Source: a virus
Lineage: Duplodnaviria; Heunggongvirae; Uroviricota; Caudoviricetes
IMG/VR virus record: IMGVR_UViG_2870490042_000003
Length of the DNA stretch: 42,699 nucleotides
Reading direction: 5' to 3' (one strand)
Part shown: piece after piece, positions 37,290-42,699 of the stretch
How the letters are laid out: the number at the start of each line of letters is the position of its first letter
How positions within the stretch are numbered: the first letter of the stretch is position 1
Notes under the pieces: generated by a model
What the model was told of the DNA's origin: nothing
The model's input: the letters and a program-made list of their open reading frames with translations, nothing else
The model's database searches: none
Program-made: the position numbers and the translations under genes

Positions 37290-37490
37290 TTACTTCAGAA
37301 AGTCTCTGGTGAGTGCACCGAAGATATTGTCAACGATTTCGTCATCAAACTGCGAGGACTCATCTTCAGTTACAAGGTGACCACAATTTTTGCAGATGGC
37401 TCCCGCGAAACTGTCAGAGCCCTGCGGTTTAAAGGATGTGTCAAAGACTTCGCCACCACATTCTGGGCAAGAAAACTTGATTGTATTCAT
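37290..37490 (-). CDS. Small zinc-ribbon protein (CPECGG…CKNCGH), 66 aa
   Basis: ATG 37490 with AGAGGA SD; two CxxC pairs; overlaps a + strand ORF (37155-37511) that starts with GTG and has no clear SD. Confidence 0.45.
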   Translation of the reverse strand: MNTIKFSCPECGGEVFDTSFKPQGSDSFAGAICKNCGHLVTEDESSQFDDEIVDNIFGALTRDFLK

Positions 37491-37582
37491 AACCAATTTC
37501 CTCTCGAGTAACAGACCCCTCAGAGGATACCACCTCGCCTGACGTGGTTAAAAGCAGGCAACGCTAACCACAAGGAGCCGAC

Positions 37583-37801
37583 ATGCAGAAACGAGAACCC
37601 GTCATCATCGCGCCAGACTATACCGATGATGAACTTTATGAGTGGATGCGCCAGAAAATTAATGCAGCGCAGGATTTGAAATGGGCCAATGAAGCCAGGG
37701 CTAAGCAGGCTGAAAATCTGTCCGCTCTGGAGCAGGATATCACCAGGCTGGAAAAAGCAGCGGCATTAAGCATTGCCAGAATGATTACATACCCGCGTTA
37801 A
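37583..37801 (+). CDS. Hypothetical early-left protein (72 aa)
   Basis: ATG 37583 with GGAG 6 nt upstream; predicted helical; no family recognised. Confidence 0.55.
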   Translation: MQKREPVIIAPDYTDDELYEWMRQKINAAQDLKWANEARAKQAENLSALEQDITRLEKAAALSIARMITYPR

Positions 37802-38208
37802 TAGATAACCAACGAAGCTAAGGTTGGTAATTAAGGAGTTCTCCACGGGTGAGGTGGAGTGCGTGCGCCGGACACGGGTGAGCATCCGGCACTGACAGTT
37901 TACTGAAAGGATATTTCCCTGAAAAGTCAGACCATAACGCGAAAGCGCACGGCGAGGTAGCTGGTTCATAGATAGCCTGTCGTTAAATTTTCGTCGACCG
38001 TGCGCTTCCGGTTGTGGCAATCCGCGAAATGGCGCGGCGGTAAGTATGGCGGGGTTATTCCTTCCCCCGTTGAGGACACCGGGTTGTCAGGTTGACCATA
38101 CGCTTAAGTGACAACCCCACTGCAACGCCCTCTGTTATCAATTTTCTGGTGACGTTTGGCGGTATCAGTTTTACTCCGTGACTGCTCTGCCGCCCTTTTT
38201 AAAGTGAA

Positions 38209-38348
38209 TTTTGTGATGCGGTGAATGCGGCTAAGCGCACGCGGAACAGTTAAAACCAAAAACAGTGTTATGGGTGGATTCTCTGTATCCGGCGTTAATT
38301 GTTAACTGGTTAACGTCACCTGGAGGCACCAGGCACCGCATCACAAAA
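38209..38348. repeat. Pair of perfect 15-bp inverted repeats (TTTTGTGATGCGGTG / CACCGCATCACAAAA) separated by 110 bp
   Basis: Left arm 38209-38223, right arm 38334-38348; the right arm lies about 20 nt upstream of the kilR-like ATG. Confidence 0.6.
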
Positions 38349-38369
38349 CTCATTGTTGAGGGCGCGATA

Positions 38370-38558
38370 ATGAAAACGTTATTACCAAACGTTAATACGT
38401 CTGAAGGTTGTTTTGAAATTGGTGTCACTATCAGTAATCCTGTATTTACTGAAGATGCCATTAACAAAAGAAAACACGAACGGGAGTTATTAAATAAAGT
38501 ATGCATTGTTTCAATGCTGGCCCGTTTACGTCTGATGCCAAAAGGATGTGCACAATGA
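38370..38558 (+). CDS. KilR-like small protein (Rac-type cell-division inhibitor candidate)
   Basis: 62 aa from ATG 38370 (GAGGG SD); …NVNTSEGCFEIGVTISNPVFTEDAINKRKHERELLNKVCIVSMLARLRLMPKGCAQ; the KilR call is from memory and position. Confidence 0.45.
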   Translation: MKTLLPNVNTSEGCFEIGVTISNPVFTEDAINKRKHERELLNKVCIVSMLARLRLMPKGCAQ

Positions 38559-38746
38559 ATCCAGTATTTGCACTTATTCTGACGGTTTTTCTTGTTTCCG
38601 GAGAGCCAGTTGATATTGCAGTCAGTGTTCACAGAACAATGCAGGAATGTATGGCAGCAGCAACCGAACAGAAAATTCCAGGCAACTGTTATCCGGTCGA
38701 TAAAGTTATTCACCAGGATAATAACGAAATCCCGGCAGGATTTTAA
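38555..38746 (+). CDS. Small protein with hydrophobic N-terminus (63 aa), translationally coupled to the kilR-like gene
   Basis: ATGA start/stop overlap at 38555-38558; MNPVFALILTVFLVSGEPVDIAVSVHRTMQECMAAATEQ…. Confidence 0.5.
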   Translation: MNPVFALILTVFLVSGEPVDIAVSVHRTMQECMAAATEQKIPGNCYPVDKVIHQDNNEIPAGF

Positions 38747-38839
38747 AACAGCACCGTAATAAATATCCAGTTTCATTCTTATATGTCAGCAATGGCAGAG
38801 ATTTGTTCACCCTTAAATCTGTGATGAGGTTTACCAATA

Positions 38840-41281
38840 ATGAGCACTGATAAAGAAGAATTTGCACTATATTGCGAAGCAAAAAATGACAAAGTAAGAA
38901 AACGCCTAGGAATTAAAGGTGGTTTTTACTGGACTACAGCAAAAAAATTATCTGTTGCAATCTCCCGCTGCATTACCGCAATGGATGACAACGATTATGA
39001 TGAAGACGACTTTAAAAAACCCGTCCGCGTCAATTTGCCCGTTGTTGACGACCTTCCGCCAGAAGGCGTGTTTGATACTGAATTCTGCAACCGCTATGAA
39101 AAAGGCGGGAAAGATGGCATCACAATGACATTTATCGGCCCTTCCCCCTCTGTTCAGGACAAACCAGCCAGCACTGACAATACCAACATCAACGGCGAAG
39201 CCATGACTGAGATTGAGGAGAGCATGCTTCTGCCTGTCTCCGGTCAGGAACTGCCCATTCGTTGGCTTGCTCAACACGGCAGCGAAAAACCAGTAACGCA
39301 CGTTTCACGCGACGAACTCCAGGCATTACACATTGCACGGGCTGAAGAACTACCGGCTGTTACTGCCCTGGCTATTTCGCATAAAACCAGTCTGCTCGAC
39401 TCGCTGGAGATTCGCGACCTCCACAAACTGGTTCGTGACACTGACAAAGTTTTCCCTAATCCTGGTAATTCAGACCTGGGACTAATAACTGCTTTTTTCG
39501 AAGCATACCTAGACGCTGACTACACTGATCGGGGTCTGCTGACAAAAGAGTGGATGAAAGGAAATCGTGTTTCACGCATCACCCGCACGGCTTCCGGTGC
39601 TAATGCTGGCGGTGGGAACAAAACCGATCGCAATCCGAATTTAGTACACACCCTCGACACACTGGATGTGGAGATTGCAGCAGCCACACTTCCGATGGAT
39701 TTTAATATTTATGAAATTCCGGGCAGCGTTTATCGTCGCGCAAAAGAAGTAGTCCTGAACAAAGAAAGTCCGTTCAAAGAATGGTCCGCAGCACTTCGTG
39801 CAACCCCGGGTATTCTGGACTATTCCCGCGCCGCTATTTTTGCACTTATCCGAAGCGCACACCCTGAATTTTATCACTACCCGGGACGCCTTCAGGGGTA
39901 TATCAACGCCTATTTGACGGAAACTGATCACGAGAACCCCAGCAAGGAAACTCTCACAGCTGCCCGGCATACGCCGGAAAAAGATATCCTGGAAGAAATT
40001 AACCGCGAGGTGGTTACTGAGCGTGAAACAGAAGAAGAAAAACCACAACCATCTGACGCAATGGCAGGTGAACAGGCAACAACTGAAACAATGGAACCGG
40101 ATACAACTGAACATGGCCAGAACGCGCAGTCGCTGGATGCTCAGTCGCAGGTGAGTTCCGCTAACCAAGTAAAAGTCACCGCTGACGAAGTAAACAAAAT
40201 TATGCAGGCAGCCAATATCAGCCAGCCTGACGCCGATAAGTTACTTGCTGTATCGCGTGGTGAATTTGTTGAGGGGATTAGCGACCCTAATGATCCGAAA
40301 TGGGTCAAAGGGATCCAGACTCGCGATTCTGTGAACCAGAACCAGCATGAATCGGAACGGAACGACCAAAAAGCGGAACAAAACAGCCCAAATGCGTTAC
40401 AAAACGAGCCAGAAACGAAACAATCCGAACCAGTGGCGCAACAGGAAGTGGAAAAAGTCTGCACCGCCTGCGGTCAGACCGGCGGCGGCAACTGCCCTGA
40501 TTGTGGCGCGGTGATGGGCGACGCAACATACCAGGAAACATTCGATGAAGAGTATCAGGTTGAAGTTCAGGAAGATGATCCGGAGGAAATGGAAGGCGCT
40601 GAACATCCACACAAGGAGAACACTGGCGGCAATCAGCATCACGATAGCGATAATGAAACTGGCGAGACGGCAGATCACTCAATTAAGGTGAACGGTCATC
40701 AAGAAATCACATCCACCAGCAGGACGTGTGACCATCTAATGATCGACCTTGAAACCATGGGAAAAAATCCTGATGCCCCGATCATCTCAATAGGTGCAAT
40801 ATTTTTCGATCCGCAAACCGGAGATATGGGACCGGAATTTAGTAAGACTATCGATCTGGAAACTGCTGGCGGAGTCATTGATCGGGACACCATTAAATGG
40901 TGGCTTAAGCAATCACGCGAAGCGCAATCTGCCATTATGACCGATGAAATCCCGTTAGATGATGCACTGTTACAATTGCGGGAATTTATCGACGAAAACT
41001 CCGGTGAATTTTTTGTTCAGGTCTGGGGAAATGGAGCCAACTTCGACAACACGATTTTGCGCCGTTCATACGAACGGCAGGGGATCCCCTGCCCGTGGCG
41101 TTACTACAACGATCGCGATGTACGCACAATCGTTGAGCTGGGGAAAGCCATAGACTTCGATGCCAGAACGGCTATTCCATTCGAAGGTGAGCGCCATAAT
41201 GCACTTGATGACGCCCGTTACCAGGCAAAATACGTTTCAGTTATCTGGCAAAAACTGATCCCGAGTCAGGCTGATTTTTAA
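38840..41281 (+). CDS. RecE-like N-terminal/central region fused to a C-terminal DEDDh (DnaQ-like) 3'-5' exonuclease domain
   Basis: 813 aa; N-terminal two-thirds (…[30 protein letters not shown]…[19 protein letters not shown]…) resembles Rac RecE as I recall it; the C-terminal ~190 aa carry DEDDh-type motifs ([28 protein letters not shown]). Confidence 0.65.
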   Translation: MSTDKEEFALYCEAKNDKVRKRLGIKGGFYWTTAKKLSVAISRCITAMDDNDYDEDDFKKPVRVNLPVVDDLPPEGVFDTEFCNRYEKGGKDGITMTFIGPSPSVQDKPASTDNTNINGEAMTEIEESMLLPVSGQELPIRWLAQHGSEKPVTHVSRDELQALHIARAEELPAVTALAISHKTSLLDSLEIRDLHKLVRDTDKVFPNPGNSDLGLITAFFEAYLDADYTDRGLLTKEWMKGNRVSRITRTASGANAGGGNKTDRNPNLVHTLDTLDVEIAAATLPMDFNIYEIPGSVYRRAKEVVLNKESPFKEWSAALRATPGILDYSRAAIFALIRSAHPEFYHYPGRLQGYINAYLTETDHENPSKETLTAARHTPEKDILEEINREVVTERETEEEKPQPSDAMAGEQATTETMEPDTTEHGQNAQSLDAQSQVSSANQVKVTADEVNKIMQAANISQPDADKLLAVSRGEFVEGISDPNDPKWVKGIQTRDSVNQNQHESERNDQKAEQNSPNALQNEPETKQSEPVAQQEVEKVCTACGQTGGGNCPDCGAVMGDATYQETFDEEYQVEVQEDDPEEMEGAEHPHKENTGGNQHHDSDNETGETADHSIKVNGHQEITSTSRTCDHLMIDLETMGKNPDAPIISIGAIFFDPQTGDMGPEFSKTIDLETAGGVIDRDTIKWWLKQSREAQSAIMTDEIPLDDALLQLREFIDENSGEFFVQVWGNGANFDNTILRRSYERQGIPCPWRYYNDRDVRTIVELGKAIDFDARTAIPFEGERHNALDDARYQAKYVSVIWQKLIPSQADF

Positions 41282-41342
41282 TGTTCAACCGTCGCCAGTT
41301 GTCGTTGATATTCTGCAACTGGCGCGTTCCGGAGTGATAGCC

Positions 41343-41612
41343 ATGAGCGAACAGTACCTGATAACGCTCGACGAGTGGAAACCAAAACGGTTCAGTCTCC
41401 CAATAACAAACACTACCCTGGTGAAATACGGAAAACTAGGATACATCGTTCCAAGGCCACAAAAAATTCGTGGGCGTTGGCTGATAGATCGCCGAGCAGT
41501 ATTTGTTGGGCCTGGTGAAACGGGAATTGCGCCGGAAATTCATACTGGCGATGATGATGCACTGAAGGAGATTTTAACTCATGTCACCGAGGCCACGAAA
41601 AAACAGCACTGA
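41343..41612 (+). CDS. xis: Excisionase (Xis-like)
   Basis: 89 aa from ATG 41343 (GGAG SD); small DNA-binding protein directly upstream of and overlapping int. Confidence 0.6.
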   Translation: MSEQYLITLDEWKPKRFSLPITNTTLVKYGKLGYIVPRPQKIRGRWLIDRRAVFVGPGETGIAPEIHTGDDDALKEILTHVTEATKKQH

Positions 41613-42699
41613 CGTAGCCGGTCTTTACGAAAAGTTTGATCGCAGAACTGGCAGAGTTTACTACCAGTATAAAAATCCTGTGACTGGAAAATTTCACGGA
41701 CTCGGAACAGACAAAGGTAAGGCAGAAAAAATCGCTTCCACAGCCAATCAGCGAATAGCTGCAGCAGAAGCTGAATATTTCATGCGCAAAATTGATGAAA
41801 GTCTGTCAGCAACAAAACGTCGGGGTATCAGATTAAAGGCATGGGTTGATCGATATCTGAAAATACAGGACACGCGACTGAAAAATGGAGATATTGCAGC
41901 TACAACTCACAAAGAAAAAACTCGAATGGCTGCATACCTGGTTTCCCGTCTGGGAAACCACCCATTGAAAGAACTGGAAGTAAGAGACTTTGCATTAATA
42001 CTGGATGAGTGGCTGGATAAAGACATGGTCAGCACAGCGAGAGTAAATCGTGGATTATGGGTTGATATTTATAAAGAAGCACAGCATGCAGGGGAAGTTC
42101 CTCCTGGATGGAATCCTCCGGAGGCTACCCGTAAACCGATCCCTAAAGTAACCAGAGCCAGGCTCACCATGGAAGACTGGCAAAAAATTTACAATGCAAC
42201 GCCTGAAAAACACTTTATCCGTAACGCAATGCTTCTTGCGATTGTTACTGGTCAGCGCCGTGATGACATTTGCCACATGCGTTTTTCAGATGTGTGGAAC
42301 GAACACTTGCATATCACCCAGGGAAAAACCGGAATGCGTCTGGCGTTACCGCTTACACTACGCTGTGATGCCATTGGGATAACGTTAAAAGAAGTTATTG
42401 ATGGGTGCCGAGACAGAATATTAAGTCCATATCTAATCCATAGTCGGCACCAGAAACAACCGAAGCCGATGAGTAAAGACAACCTGAGCGACTACTTTGC
42501 CAAAGCACGGGATCTGGCTGGGATAATTCCACCAGCAGGAAAAACTCCGCCAACATTTCATGAACAACGCTCTCTATCAGAACGGCTGTACCGTGCACAG
42601 GGTATCGATACAAAAACATTACTAGGACATAAAGTCCAGGCAACCACCGATCGCTATAACGATACTCGAGGTCAGGAATGGGTTAAGTTGGTTATTTGA
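41581..42699 (+). CDS. int: Integrase (tyrosine recombinase, lambda Int family), 3' end beyond the window
   Basis: N-terminal arm-binding-type domain; the ORF is open to the window end, so the catalytic C-terminus is not visible. Confidence 0.8.
   Translation: MSPRPRKNSTDVAGLYEKFDRRTGRVYYQYKNPVTGKFHGLGTDKGKAEKIASTANQRIAAAEAEYFMRKIDESLSATKRRGIRLKAWVDRYLKIQDTRLKNGDIAATTHKEKTRMAAYLVSRLGNHPLKELEVRDFALILDEWLDKDMVSTARVNRGLWVDIYKEAQHAGEVPPGWNPPEATRKPIPKVTRARLTMEDWQKIYNATPEKHFIRNAMLLAIVTGQRRDDICHMRFSDVWNEHLHITQGKTGMRLALPLTLRCDAIGITLKEVIDGCRDRILSPYLIHSRHQKQPKPMSKDNLSDYFAKARDLAGIIPPAGKTPPTFHEQRSLSERLYRAQGIDTKTLLGHKVQATTDRYNDTRGQEWVKLVI

Noticed and set aside
38231-38776. 181-aa - strand ORF
   Set aside because: Overlaps the better-supported + strand kilR-like and coupled small genes, which have ribosome-binding sites and ATGA coupling; Cys/Asn-rich odd composition

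Overview
The window is almost entirely one lambdoid prophage, a mosaic of lambda-like tail genes and HK97-like head genes. The proteins and the IS629 insertion sequence point to Escherichia coli, probably an O157-like lineage; that attribution is from memory of protein families, not from a search. All protein identifications below come from reading the supplied translations and recalling families; no database was queried. The ORF track appears to accept GTG/TTG starts and print them as M, so I re-derived starts from codons and Shine-Dalgarno (SD) sequences where it mattered. Layout: the + strand at 36.2-42.7 kb carries the lysogeny and early-left genes (CI-like repressor, KilR-like, RecE-like exonuclease, xis, int truncated at the window end). 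The - strand from 36.1 kb down to 2.3 kb carries Cro-like/YdaT-like, an O-like replication gene with internal iterons, nin-like small genes with hok and rusA, Q, pR'/tR', a tRNA, the lysis cassette, terminase, head genes and tail genes G/GT, H, M, L, K, I, J, lom and a side tail fibre. A complete IS629 (1028-2337, 3-bp GTA target duplication) splits the side tail fibre gene, and a second inverted IS629 copy is cut by the window start. The points most worth follow-up are the IS-split tail fibre, the cargo locus between Q and the holin (truncated tRNA-Arg, two ~205-bp repeats, an AT-rich orphan gene), a RecE-like protein with a DEDDh exonuclease C-terminus and no RecT, the hok locus with an adjacent small membrane protein, and a set of intrinsic terminators punctuating the late operon. 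I did not find a clear multi-gene defence or other novel system; the candidates are listed with modest scores.
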